Position numbers and translations under genes: made by a program | In this document: positions 9,196-21,561 of the stretch, one piece after another | How positions within the stretch are numbered: the first letter of the stretch is position 1 | How the letters are laid out: every line of letters begins with the position of its first letter | The notes under the pieces: generated by a model | What the model saw: only the letters and a program-made list of their open reading frames with translations | Told to the model about the DNA's origin: nothing | The model's database searches: none | DNA from: Centroscyllium fabricii | Lineage: Eukaryota | Assembly: GCA_051313645.2 (NCBI GenBank) | Contig: JBNRSN020000019.1 | Location: forward strand, 35,340,001-35,404,000 | Length of the DNA stretch: 64,000 nt | Direction of reading: 5' to 3'

Positions 9196-12100
9196 TGTGA
9201 CCGAAATAACGACCTCGTGGACGAGTAGTTAGAAGGGTGAAACAATACGGCTTTTATTCGCTAAATGGTGGACATGCACCAGCTAGTCGACCGTCCCCAG
9301 GAATGGCTGGGGGATGGGAGACGGCCGCTTATATACCTCTTCCTGGGAGGGAGGAGTCACGGGCGGAGCCAGCATGGGCATGTCCAGGTTATGTACATCA
9401 TGAATATAGGTACGATTACAGAGATACATAATGGGGTGGGTATATACAAGGAAACAGTGGTTTACCACATTCACCCCTTCTTTAAAACAAAAGTCCGGTG
9501 GGGTGAACGCGACAGTTCTTTTAATTTACAAATTAAGTCGCTCCGGCGGCCTGGTGATCCTGGTTGAGCGTCGCACCGCTGGTGGTGTCAGCGGTCGTGG
9601 AGTGGCCGGTCGGGTTGGTTGCATCGATGGTGATGATGCCGGTTGGCGAGCGGTGGTTGATAACGTCGGTAGGTTTCTGGTTGGTGCCCTTGTAGTGACA
9701 GTAGGAGGCGCGCTCTCTCCCTCGTCGTCTGACTCTAGGGGGCGTGTACTGTGGAGCCATGCTGGAGGCCATGCCGTGCTGCCCGCAGGTGCCGGGTGGA
9801 CATACCGGGGTGCTGGGTTCTCGTGCCGGGGAGCGTACCTTGGCGCCAGTGGCCCGGGTGGCGTGGCTGGCCGCGGTGGCCCGGGTGGAGTGGCTGGCCG
9901 TCTTGGGTGCGCGGGCTGCTGGGCGGGGCTGGGTTTGGGGGCTCCCGCTGGTGCCAGGTCCTTGATGGACACGGTGTCCTCCCTCCCGTCGGGGTACGCC
10001 ACGTAGGTGTACTGGGGATTGGCGTGCAGGAGGTGGACCCGTTCGACCAGGGGATCTGCCTTGTGGCCCCTCACGTGCTTCCGTAGTAGGACTGGTCCTG
10101 GGGATAGCAGCCACGATGGTAGCGAGGTCCCGGAAGCCGACTTCCTGGGGAAGGCAAAAAGTCGCTCAGATGGAGTGGAGCGCTTCGGGGAGGACGTCCT
10201 GCCAGCGGGAGACTGGGAGGCCTTTGGACCGTAGGGCTAACAAAATGGCCTTCCAGACAGTGGCGATCTCCCTCTCTACCTGTCCGTTCCCCCGGGGGTT
10301 GTAGCTGGTAGTCCTGCTAGTCGCGATGCCTTTGGCTAGCAGAAACTGACGCAGCTCGTCACTCATAAAGGATGCCCCCCGGTCGCTATGGATATAGCTG
10401 GGATAGCCGAACAGGGAGAAGATGCTGTGGAGGGCTTTGATGACCGTGGCGGAGGTCATGTCCGGGCAGGGGATGGCAAAGGGGAAGCGGGAGTACTCGT
10501 CAATTACGTTGAGGAAGTACACATTTCTGTTGGAGGAGGGAAGGGGTCCTTTGAAATCGACACTGAGTCATTCAAAGGGGCGAGTGGCCTTGATCAAATG
10601 CGCCCGGTCTGGCCGATAGAAGTGCGGCTTGCACTCCGCACAGACCTGGCAATTGCTGGTCAGGGTCTTGACCTCCTCGATGGAGTAGGGGAGGTTGCGG
10701 GACTTCACAAAGTGAACCAACCTGGTGACCCTCGGGTGGCAGAGGTCATTGTGTAGGGTTTGGAGACGGTCTGTCTGTGCGCTGGCACAGGTACCGCGGG
10801 ATAGGGCATCTGGGGGTTCGTTAAATTTCCCGGGCCGGTACAAGATATCGTAATTGAACGCGGAGAGTTCAATTCTCCACCTTAATATCTTGTCGTTCTT
10901 GATTTTACCCCGCTCTTTGTTGTTGAACATAAAAGCGACTGAGCGTTGGTCAGTCAGCAGGATAAATCGCTTGCCGGCCAGGTAGTGCTTCCAGTGACGC
11001 ACTGCTTCAACGATAGCTTGGGCCTCCTTCTCAACGGAAGAGTGACGGGTCTCGGGGCCCTGGAGGGTACGCGAGAAGAAGGCCACGGGTCTGCCCGCCT
11101 GGTTAAGTGTGGCGGCCAGGGCAAAGTCCGATGCATCGCTCTCTACCTGAAATGGAACGGACTCGTCCACGGCGTGCATCGTTGCCTTCGCAATGTCGTC
11201 CTTAATGCCGCAGAACGCCGTGCGGGCATCTGCTGACAGGGGGAATGAGGTTGATTTAAGTAGTGGGCGAGCTATGTCCGCGTAATTGGGGACCCACTGG
11301 GCATAATAGGCAAAGAAACCCAAGCACCGTTTAAGGGCCTTGGGGGAGTGGGGGAGGGGGAGCTCCATGAGGGGGCGCATGCGGTCCGGGTCGGGACCGA
11401 TGACCCCATTCTCCACAACACTGCCGAGGATGGCAAGGCGGGTGGTACTGAACACACATTTTTCAGTGTTGTACGTCAGATTGAGTGTTTTGGCGGTGTG
11501 GAGAAATTTCTGGAGGTTGGCGTCATGGTCCTGCTGATCGTGGCCGCAGATGGTCACGTTATCGAGGTACGGGAAAGTGGCTCGCAGCCCGTACTGATCG
11601 ACCATTCGGTCCATCTCCCTTTGGAAGACCGAGACCCCATTCGTGACGCCAAACGGGACCCTGAGGAAGTGGTAGAGGCGGCCGTCAGCCTCGAAGGCAG
11701 TATAGAGACGGTCCTCTGGGCGAATGGGAAGCTGGTGATATGCGGACTTCAGATCTATGGTGGAGAACACCCGGAACTGCGCGATCTGATTCACCATGTC
11801 CGCTATCCGGGGGAGGGGGTATGCGTCTAGCTGGGTGAACCGATTGATGGTCTGACTGTAGTCCACTACCATCCGGATCTTCGCTCCGGTTTTCACCACC
11901 ACTACCTGCGCCCTCCAGGGGCTATTACTGGCCTCGATAACCCCCTCCTTCAGGAGGCGCTGCACCTCGGACTTGATAAAGTCCATGTCCCCAGCACTGT
12001 AGCGCCTACTCTTGGTGGCGATGGGCTTGCAGTCTGGGGTGAGGTTGGCAAAGAGTGAGGGAGGGGCAACCTTAAGGGTCGAGAGGCCACAGGTAGCGCG

Positions 12101-13780
12101 CCGGGGGTGCTGCGCCGAGCGCCGGTTGCTGACCGTGAGCGAGGGAAGGGGCCCACCGTACGCCATGGTAACGCTTTGGAGATGGCACTGGAAGTCCAGA
12201 CCCAATAGTAATGGAGCGCAGAGCTGCGGTAGCACGAAAAAGCTAAAATTACTAAAGTGCACGCCCTGCACCGTTAGAGCCACTGCGCAACGCCCGGAGA
12301 CGTCCGCAGATTCTGATTTGGAAGCCATTGAAATCTTTTGGCTCGCTGGCATGACCTTAAGGGAGAGGCGCTTTACTGTCTCAGGATGAACAAAACTCAC
12401 CATGCTCCCACTATCGAAAAGGCACACCACGTCCTGTCCGTTCACTCCCACCGGCATCATCGATTTCCCGAGCGATTGGGCCTTGTTCTGGTCCAGAGTC
12501 ACCGATGCCAATATTGGGTCAGCCGATTCCTCTTGATTCGAAGAGAAGTCCTCCGGGGCCGGTTCCCAAGATGGCTGCTGCCATGCGGTGTACTGCAGAG
12601 GGGGTGGCTGGGTCCAATATGGCGACTGCTGCCACGCGGGGTGCTGAGTGGGGGATGGTTGAGTCCAATATGGCTGCCCCCAGGTTCCACACGCGGCGCT
12701 GCCCGGTTTCGGTTTAGGGGCTGTGATCGCCTTACAGACTTTGGCGTAATGTCCCTTCTTTCCACATTTTGAGCAGGCCGCTTCTCTTGCCGGGCAGCTA
12801 CGTCTCGGATGCTGAGACTGCCCGCAGAAGTAACATTTTGCCGTCTTAGCGTGAGCGGCTGCGATCATTTCTTCCGCCGGCCGTTGTGCCGGCGCTGTTC
12901 AAGATGGCGGGGCTGGGCCCGTATAATTGCCGGAGTATGACGATAGGTTTAGTGAGGCCACGTCCAGCGCATTGCCCAGATCCACTGTTGCCTGCAGGTC
13001 AAGGCCGTTCTGCTCTAACAGCCTCTGTCTCATATAGTCCGACCTGAGGCCTGTAACATATGCGTCTCTAATTAGACTGTCCACATGGATCTGGGCCGAT
13101 TGCGCTCTGCAGTCACAGGCCCGTGAAAGCACTCTCAGCGCTCTTAAAAATTCCACGCTGGACTCACCGGGTTGCTGCTTCCTGGTGGCTAGGATGTGTC
13201 TGGCGTGGACGATATTGGGTGCCCGGTTGTACTCTGCCTTGAGGATCCTTATAGCATTCAAAAATGATGATGCGTCCACGATCATGGAGTACACCTGAGG
13301 GCCCACCCGGGCATTGAGGAGCCGCCGTTTGTCCTCTTCGGTCCTGACGACCACTGCGTTCGCTCTCAGGTACGCATCGAAACAGTCATACCAGTGCGAG
13401 AATGTGTTTGATGCGCCTGGTGTCCGGGGATCCAATTCAAACGTTGCTGGCTTGAGCATCGCGTCCATCTTCAAAATTTAGCGAATACAATTGTGATCGA
13501 AATAACGACCTCGTGGACGAGTAGTTAGAAGGGTGAAACAATACGGCTTTTATTCGCTAAATGGTGGACATGCACCAGCTAGTCGACCATCCCCAGGAAT
13601 GGCTGGGGGATGGGAGACGGCCGCTTATATACCTCCTCCTGGGAGGGAGGAGTCGCGGGCGGAGCCAGCATGGGCATGTCCAGGTAATCGCACAACAGGT
13701 TGTGTACAACATGAATATAGGTACGATTACAGAGATACATAATGGGGTGGGTATATACAAGGAAACAGTGGTTTACCACA
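9196..13780 (-). mobile_element. Full-length Ty3/Gypsy element, family D, inserted in the RT of element B
   Basis: LTRs 9196-9469 and 13492-13780; TSD TTCTG (9191-9195, 13781-13785); PPT 9470-9480; host frame LEAE|GVLSKVEW is restored on removal. Confidence 0.97.
9526..13468 (-). pseudogene. Family D gag-pol with in-frame stops (12899, 10568) and a small deletion near 10166
   Basis: ORFs 12899-13474 and 10568-12868 share a frame; CSKCGKKGHYAKVC, LFDSGS, YLDN, RNase H and integrase motifs. Confidence 0.92.
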
Positions 13781-15173
13781 TTCTGCTTCCAAGGTTTTTA
13801 GTTCTGCCTCCACCGCCGGTCCAATGGCGTAAGGTACTGGCCGTGCCTTAGCAAATATTGGGGTTGCCCCTTGTGTTATGGTCACTCTTGCATTAATGTG
13901 TTTTAACTTCCCCAGGCCTGATTGGAAAACCTCTGGGTTCTTCTCCAATATTATAGCTAATTTTCTTGTGACCGATGGGTTCTCACCGGTCTTGTTTGAG
14001 GTCTGCAGCTTATGTATTGTGCCCCAGTCGAGGTTGATCCTTCGGATCCATTCCCTCCCCAGGAGTGGTGCTCCACCATCCTTCAGGACGTACAGGTACA
14101 GTCCCTTTATCTGTGTACCCCTGCATTGAACTGTAATGGGCAGCCTCCCCAATGTCCTGAATTTTTGTCCAGTGTACGTTTTTAATATGACTGGGGATTC
14201 TTCCAGAGGTGCCCCTTTGAATGCCCTCTTGTAAAACTTTTCGTTGACTACCGATAGTGCTGACCCCGTGTCTAACTCCATCGGAATCTCCACTCCCGCA
14301 ACCTTAAGGGGAACCCATATAACGCTCCGATCTGTGTGGTTGCCTATGTTGTGGACCTTGAGGCTTCCCAGCCCCCACTGATCTCTGTCCTGGTTTTCCG
14401 ATTCACTCTCTGAATTGTCTTCCGCTATCTTATTTATTTTCCTAGGTTTGGGCTGTCTCTGCGGCTGTCTCTGTGGCATTTTAGATTGCTTCCCCGATCT
14501 ACAAGCCGCCGCTATGTGGCCTATCTTTCCACACTGTCTACAGTCTTTGTCTTTAGCTGAACACCTACTCTGGTCATGTGTGGTCTTGCCACAGTGGTAG
14601 CACTTTTTTATGCGTGTTGTGATTTCATGGGTCTCTTGGTAAACCCCACTGTTCCTAATCTCGGCTGCCCCTGCAGCAGCTGCCTTGGGTACTGCAGCCG
14701 TTTCTAATGCCTGCTCTAAAGTGAGCGTCTTTTTGGCCAATAGCTTCTTTTGTGTGGAATCATCTAATATTCTGCACACGAATCTGTCCCTTAAATAGTT
14801 GGACAATTCATCCCCAAAAGCACAGTGCTTTGACATTCTTCGGAGTTCTGTGATATACTCAGACTGTGACTCCCCTTTTTGTTGCTCCCTTTTAAAAAAC
14901 TTGTAGTGTTCCGCTATGAATGGGGGTTGTGGGTTTAAATTTTTCTTTTTAAATGTTTTTAATTTGTATCAGCGTTTTCTCCGCTGGTCTGTCTGGAGAC
15001 ACCAGGGTTCTTAACAACCCGTACGTTTCAGGTCCCAAAGCATTCAATAATGCGTTTACTTTTTGGGCATCCGTAACTGCTTGTGCACTACAGTAAATGT
15101 CAAATCGTTCCATGTATGCCTCCCAGTCTTCCTTCTCCAGCTGGAAGGCCCCAAAACTGTTTAGTCTAGCCAT
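13781..15173 (-). pseudogene. Element B gag and protease
   Basis: MARLNSFGAFQLEKEDWEAYMERF; CYHCGKTTHDQSRC and CRQCGKIGHIAAAC; MELDTGS; LLGREW. Confidence 0.9.
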
Positions 15174-15189
15174 AATTAATCATTTTGGA

Positions 15190-15410
15190 AACGTTTAAAA
15201 TGGCATCTTGTCCCGCCTTCCTGTTTCTCTCCCGGTGATTTCCCGCCTAAGATGGCATTTTTCCCGCCTTCCCGCGTCTCTTCCGGTGCTTCCCCGCCTA
15301 AGATGGTGTTTTTCCCACCTTCACGCGTCTCTTCCGGCGCTGTTCCCGCTTTAAGATGGCCTCTCCCCGCCTTCCGCATCTCTCCCGGTGCCTTACCCGC
15401 CTTAAAATGC
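15190..15410 (-). repeat. Degenerate ~50-55-bp tandem repeats in the element B leader
   Basis: Recurrent AAGATGG..TTTTCCCGCCTTC..GTCTCTTCCGG units. Confidence 0.7.
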
Positions 15411-16005
15411 CGTTTTCCTGTTTTAGTGCGTCCTTCCCTGCTGGGCCTCCGATTTCCCCCACGGCCTTTGGTAAGGATTGCACTCTACCTGAAATCTGTC
15501 GTTTCCCCCCAGTTGGAGGACCAACCTTGATCCTCGACAACCTCCGCTTGTGACTGATTCTGCTGCTCTGGATCTGCTCGATCGACCCCGGTGTGTGACT
15601 ACCATCGTCTGTGTGTCTCCGTCGACATCCGATGTCCGACTGCTTCTGTCGGTGTCCTGGCCCCACCTCGAGTCGACGTCCGATGTCCAACTGTTTCTGC
15701 TGGGCCTGGTCCTGCTTCTGTGGCCTGTTTACCGTTGCTGCGCTGGCCACCCGATTCCTGTTGCCTCCTGCTGCCGACGCTCCCATTAGTGATCTTCCCT
15801 GCGATGCTGGTGAGCTGGCTGGAGTGAAGATGCCATGTCACTCCCGATGTTGGAGTGCTGGCTGACTGTGTTCCCTCTGCGTTGCTGGAGAATCGCTGCC
15901 GCTCCCTCTTCTGGAGGGTGTGTCTTAGTCGTCGATGGTCGACTTTAAAAAATGAATCTTTTCATACTTTTTCTCAGCCGATTACACAGCTGTGGATTCG
16001 ACTGA

Positions 16006-16016
16006 CCTCGTCGCCA
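16006..16016 (-). promoter_or_regulatory. Primer binding site of element B, tRNA-Ser(GCU) type
   Basis: TGGCGACGAGG one base after the 5' LTR; complementary to a tRNA 3' end CCUCGUCGCCA. Confidence 0.82.
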
Positions 16017-16146
16017 TTGTTAAGTCCGCGCTATCAAGTGATAACTGCGGACTGGACTCCAAAGGTATGAAACCAAAGAGATTTTTATTCTACATTACAG
16101 AGTCTGGAACTGAGCACATCGCTCCTCACTCGAACTGTATATACAA

Positions 16147-19100
16147 TGTGATGAACCTTTTGGTGTGGTTCACACTGTACGGTTATTGTATATAGTTTTG
16201 TTTAATGTGTTTGCTATATATCTGTTAATATCTGTACCTTTCTGTAAGGACCTGTACTGGCTGACCCTGCCTCTGGGTACTAGTATAAAGGAGAATGCTC
16301 CGCCCACTTATCTCTCATTCCAGGCTGGCTCATCGGGGACACGGTTCAGTTCCTTGTGAATAAAAGCCACTTATTTAAGAACTCGCTGCCGTCTTTGATT
16401 TGAGGCATCTCAATTTTATTCACAAGGATTTTTTAAATGAGCCAGCAGAATGAATATCTCCAGCCAGTCAACGCAGTCTATGCTCGCCATCTACTCGTCA
16501 CGCGGCGGCAACAGTGTGGTGAGTCGAATGAGGATTACCTGGAGGCTCTTCAAGCTCTCGTTCTGCGCTGCGGATGCGCCCCGTTAACGCCCAGGAGCAC
16601 ATGGACCTCCTCGTCCGTGATGCCTACGTGGCAGGCATCAGATCAGCCCCAGCCCGCACCCGCCTACTCGAGCAGGATAATTTATCCCTAAATGAGGCGG
16701 TGAAGCTTTCCAACGCAGTAGATGGGGCCCTCCGGAGCCTAGATTCGTACACGGGGCACGGCTCCCACACGGTTTCCCCTAGGCCTTGGGACTCGCGTTC
16801 GACGCCATCGACGGCGACCGTGGCGGCCACGGCGCCATCCAGAAAGCCAGCGCCTCCGAAATGCTTTTTCTGCGGCCAGAAACGCCATCCACGAAGCTCC
16901 TGTCCAGCGAAGGCATCTTCCTGCTCCAAATGTGGCAAGAAGGGCCATTTTGCGAAGGTCTGCCGATCGGCCCCGGAATCAGCACGGAAAACAGCAGCGG
17001 CCTGCAATGTCCACGCCACAGAGTGGCCTCAGGTACCTAGCGCCCCCCAACGGTGGCCCTCTGAACGATTGCCACCTACCTTGCCTCAGATGCGGTCTGC
17101 CAACGTCGTTTCCCGCGCTCCGCCATCTTTGGGGGCGCGGGCATCTTCTTCCTCGCTCGTTTCCTGCGCTCCGCCATCTTTAGGAGCACGGGCACCTTCT
17201 TCCTCGCCGATTCGGCGTGAAACGCGGGCGCTGTCGGGTATCCTGGCAGCAGCGGCAGCGTCCCAGCACAGGGCGCCGCCATCTTTGGTGCGGTCAACTC
17301 GCATCCTGGCAGCAGCGGCCCCGCCCCGTCACATGACGCTGCCATCTTGGATACGGGCAACTCGCCTCCTGGCAGCAGCGGCCCCGCCCCAGCCCAGGGC
17401 ACCGCCCTCTTTGTTTAAGGCAAGCTTACCGACGCAGGCAGCAGCAGCAACAGGCAGCCCTGGAGAAACTCCAATGATCCTGGCAGCAGCGACAGGCAAC
17501 TCCAGGGCAATTCAGCATTCTGGCGCTTGTGCGCCACGAGCCCTTCGGTCCTCCCAACGGCTTTCTCAGCGACCCACCCAGCGGTTCTCCCAATGGCCCG
17601 AAACGCCACCGCGGCCCGCCGCATGCGAATCACGGACGCCGCCATCGCTCGCGGACCCTGCATTGCACAAGGGCCCCAGCACGCACACCACATTTGCCTC
17701 TGCGGCCCTCAACCAGTATCTCATGTCATCGATGATGCCCATCCGGGTAGAGGGGCACCTCACCCGATGTCTGTTCGACACTGCGAGTACGGAGAGCTTC
17801 ATACACCCTGATACGGTGCGCCGTTATTCCCTCAGGGTTAGGCCCACACATCGTAAAATCTCCCTCGCCTCCGAGTCCCAGACTGTGGACGTCATCGGCT
17901 GCTGTACAGTCACTATTACCGTGAAGGGGACGACATACCGCAACTTTCAACTGTACGTCCTCCCACAGCTCTGCGCCCCTGTGTTGCTTGGCCTGGACTT
18001 CCAGTGCAATCTGCAGAGCGTGACGATGGCATACGGCGGTTCCCTGCCTCCTCTCACGGTCAGCAGCCGTGACTGCCCTGCCTCACAACCACGCTCCTCT
18101 TGCGGTCTGTCTACCTTGAAGATAGACCCCCCCTCGCTGTTCGCCAACCTTGACCCTGACTGCAAGCCCATTGCAACCAAGAGTCGGCGATACAGCGCGG
18201 GGGACCGCACCTTTATCAAGGCAGAGGTTGCTCAGTTGTTGCAGGAGGGCATCCTCGAGGCCAGTAACAGCCCGTGGCGGGCCCAGGTGGTGGTGGTTAA
18301 GTCTGGTGACAAACAGCGCATGGTCATCGACTATAGCCAGACTATTAACCGCTATAATGGGCTCGACGCTTATCCGCTTCCTAGAATCAATGACATGGTC
18401 AATCAGATTGCCCAGTATAAGGTCTTCTCCACCATCGACCTTAAGTCGGCCTATCACCAGCTCCCCATCAGAGCTGAGGACCGTAAATACACTGCCTTCG
18501 AGGCAAATGGGTGTCTTTTTCACTTCCTCCGGGTCCCCTTTGGGGTTACCAACAGAGTTTCGGTCTTCCAACGAGAGATGGACCGAATGGTTGACCAGTA
18601 TGATTTGCAGGCCACATTCCCGTATTTGGACAATGTCACGATCTGCGGCCATGACCAGCAAGATCATGATGCCAATTTGGACAGGTTTCTCCATACGGCC
18701 CAGCGTCTGAACCTCACTTACAATGAGGATAAGTGCGTTTTCAACACTATCGTCGGCTACGTGGTTGAGAACGGGGTCCTCGGCCCCGACCCCGAACGTA
18801 TGCGCCCCCTTCAGGAGCTGCCCCTACCGCACTCCCCCAAAGCTTTGAGGAGATGCCTGGGGTTTTTCTCTTACTATGCACAATGGGTTCCCCATTATGC
18901 TGATAAGGCCCGGCCTCTCCTCAGGGCTACCTCCTTCCCGTTCCCGTTAGAGGCCCAAATTGCTTTTTCGCATATCAAGCAAGACATCATCAAGGCAACC
19001 ATGCACGCCATTGATGAGTCTCTCCTCTTCCAGGTCGAAAGCGACGCCTTAGACTTCGCCCTGGCCGCCACCCTAAACCAGGCAGGCAGGCCCATCGCTT

Positions 19101-20906
19101 TCTTCTCCCGTACCCTGCAGGGCCCTGAAGTCCGCCACTCTTCAGTGGAAAAGGAGGCCCAAGCAATCGTGGAAGCAGTGCGCCACTGGCGCTACTATTT
19201 GGCCGGTAAACGATTTACCCTTCTTACTGACCAGCGGTCAGTAGCATTTATGTTCCACCATAAACAGAGGGGTAAAATCAAGAATGACAAGATCCTCAGG
19301 TGGCGGATGAGTACGACATTCTGTACCGGCCAGGGAAGCTTAACGATCCCCCGGATGCCCTGTCCCGAGGAATGTGTGCCAGCGCCCAGTCGGGTAGTCT
19401 GAACACCCTCCACGCTAATCTCTGCCACCCGGGGGTCACCAGGCTCACTCACTTCGTCAAATCACGCAATCTCCCTTATTCCATTGCGGAGATCAAGGCG
19501 ATGACGCAGGAGTGCCCTGTCTGTGCCAGCCCCAGTTTTACAGGTCTGACAGGGCGCACCTCATCAAGGCCACCCGCCCATTCGAGCGCCTGAGTGTGGA
19601 CTTCAAAGGTCCCCTTCCCTCTACCAACCGTAACTCGTACATTCTCACTGTGGTCGACGGGTTCTCCCGTTTCCCTTTTGCATTCCCATGCCCAGATATG
19701 ACGAGTGCAAGAGTGATAAAGCATTTTATCACGCTATTCGTCATTTTCGGCCTTCCCGGCTTCATGCACAGCGACCGGGGGTCCTCATTTATGAGTGACG
19801 AACTCCATCATTTTCTGCTTGTGAGAGGGGTTGCCTCGAGCAGAACGACCAGTTACAACCCCCGGGGGAACGGTCAGGTAGAACGTTATAATGGGACCAT
19901 CTGGAAGGCCATCACCCTGGCCCTTTGATCCAAAGGCCTTCCAATCTCCCATTGGCAGGAGGTCCTCCAGGATGCGCTCCACGCTACCCGCTCCCTCTTG
20001 TGCACAGCCACCGGTTGCACACCTCACGAGAAACTCTTCTCTTTCCCTAGGAACTCGACTTCGGGGACGTCTCTGCCGACGTGGCTTACCAACCCGGGGC
20101 CGGTTTTGCTTAGAAGGCATGTCCGTGGACACAAGACGGACCCTCTTGTCGAACGTGTGCGCCTGCTGCATGCCAACCCTCAGTATGCCTACGTGGCGTA
20201 CCCAGACGGGTGTGAGGATACCGTCTCGATTAGAGACCTTGCGCCCGCTGGAGCCGTTCACTCTGAGTCGTTGGCGGATCCCTTGCCCTCCCAGGTCACA
20301 TTTTCACAACAGGGGCCGTCTTTTCATTCACCTGCGCACACTACATCGGGGCCCTCGTCACTCCCAATGCATGATGGAGCTCATCATGTTGCTCAGCCTA
20401 CTCTTCCGGCGGCTGCTACACCTCCACCAGATCTTCCTGTGCCTGAGGTACCTCTTCCACCGGTGGAGTCTCTGTTCACGTTGGGAGCCCCGTCAGCGTC
20501 TTTTCCGATTACGACTACTCCCACTTCTTCGCCAGAACCGACACTGCCTCGCCGATCTGATCGGACTGTTAAACCTCCACAAAGACTTATAACACAGCGC
20601 TGATATTCGCCCTGCGGGACTTGTTTTTAAGGAAGTGGTGAATGTGATGAACCTTTTGGTGTGGTTCACACTGTACGGTTATTGTATATAGTTTTGTTTC
20701 ATGTGTTTGTTATATATCTGTTAATATCTGTACCTTTCTGTAAGGACCTGTACCGGCTGACCCCACCTCTGGATACTAGTATAAAGGAGAATGCTCCGCC
20801 CACTTATCTCTCATTCCGGGCAGGCTCATCGGGGCACGGTTCAGTTCCTTGTGAATAAAAGCCACTTATTTAAGAACTCGCTGCCATCTTTGATTTGAGC
20901 ATCTCA
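16147..20906 (+). mobile_element. Ty3/Gypsy element, family E, inserted in the 5' LTR of element B
   Basis: LTRs 16147-16412 and 20643-20906; TSD TACAA/TACAG (4 of 5 match); PPT AAGGAAGTGGTGAA 20629-20642; TATAAA at ~16284. Confidence 0.96.
16437..20603 (+). pseudogene. Family E gag-pol, frameshifted, Gag N-terminus shortened
   Basis: ORFs 16437, 16574, 19300, 19512 and 19998 carry CCHC, LFDTAS, YLDN, RNase H and integrase motifs. Confidence 0.92.
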
Positions 20907-20998
20907 TACAGCAGTGGTGAACCGCGGTACTGCAATATCCTGGCACTACATAAAGTAGTGCCCAGTATAAGCCTTAATGGGACATACAACACAATCAG

Positions 20999-21233
20999 GA
21001 ACCTCATTGAGCAGACCATCGGCATCTTGAAGCAACGGTTCTGGTGTCTTGACCATTCTGGAGGAGCCCTGCAGTACTCTCCCGAGCAAGTATCGCTTTC
21101 CATTGTTGTGTGCTGCATGCTTCACAACCTTGCAATTCTGATGACCCAGCCATTGCCAGCAGGGATTGGTGCACCACCTCAGGAGGAGGAAGAGGGAGAG
21201 GAGGAGGAAGAGGATGAAGAGGAGGATCAGTAG
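20999..21233 (+). pseudogene. Harbinger transposase C-terminus
   Basis: RNLIEQTIGILKQRFWCLD..LQYSPE..CCMLHN and an acidic tail; continues ...SHSAI from 6432 in frame. Confidence 0.93.
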
Positions 21234-21561
21234 CACCAACGTGGGTGGGAGGCGCTCAATGTTGCCTTTGCAAGGGCCGTACGCAAACGCCTGATAAGAC
21301 ACCACTTCTGACAAATGAACGAAGATGGCTTTTGGGATGAATAAGTACATCATCACAAGCAAAATGCCAGGCAAAGCAAAGTTGTAAAGTTCGAATTAAA
21401 AATAACAAACACAACAATTCATTAACTAACGAAACTCCTTACCACATCGAGATAAGCGAAAACAGAGTGAACAATATATTAACATGAACATCAAACTTTG
21501 GCACAAACATTCCCCACATTTATTGCTGAATTTTTAGTTATTCGCCCTTCGAGGTTGATCT

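Larger units (their letters stand above)
6433..20993 (-). mobile_element. Ty3/Gypsy element B (Mag-like), decayed, with two nested Gypsy insertions
   Basis: 3' LTR 6433-6645; 5' LTR split into 16018-16146 and 20907-20993; TSD ATCAG (6428-6432, 20994-20998); PPT 6646-6658. Confidence 0.95.

Noticed and set aside
16310-16412. Self-cleaving ribozyme in the Gypsy R-U5 that could generate the primer
   Set aside because: No hammerhead (CUGANGA/GAAA) or HDV-like core was recognisable in any of these LTRs.
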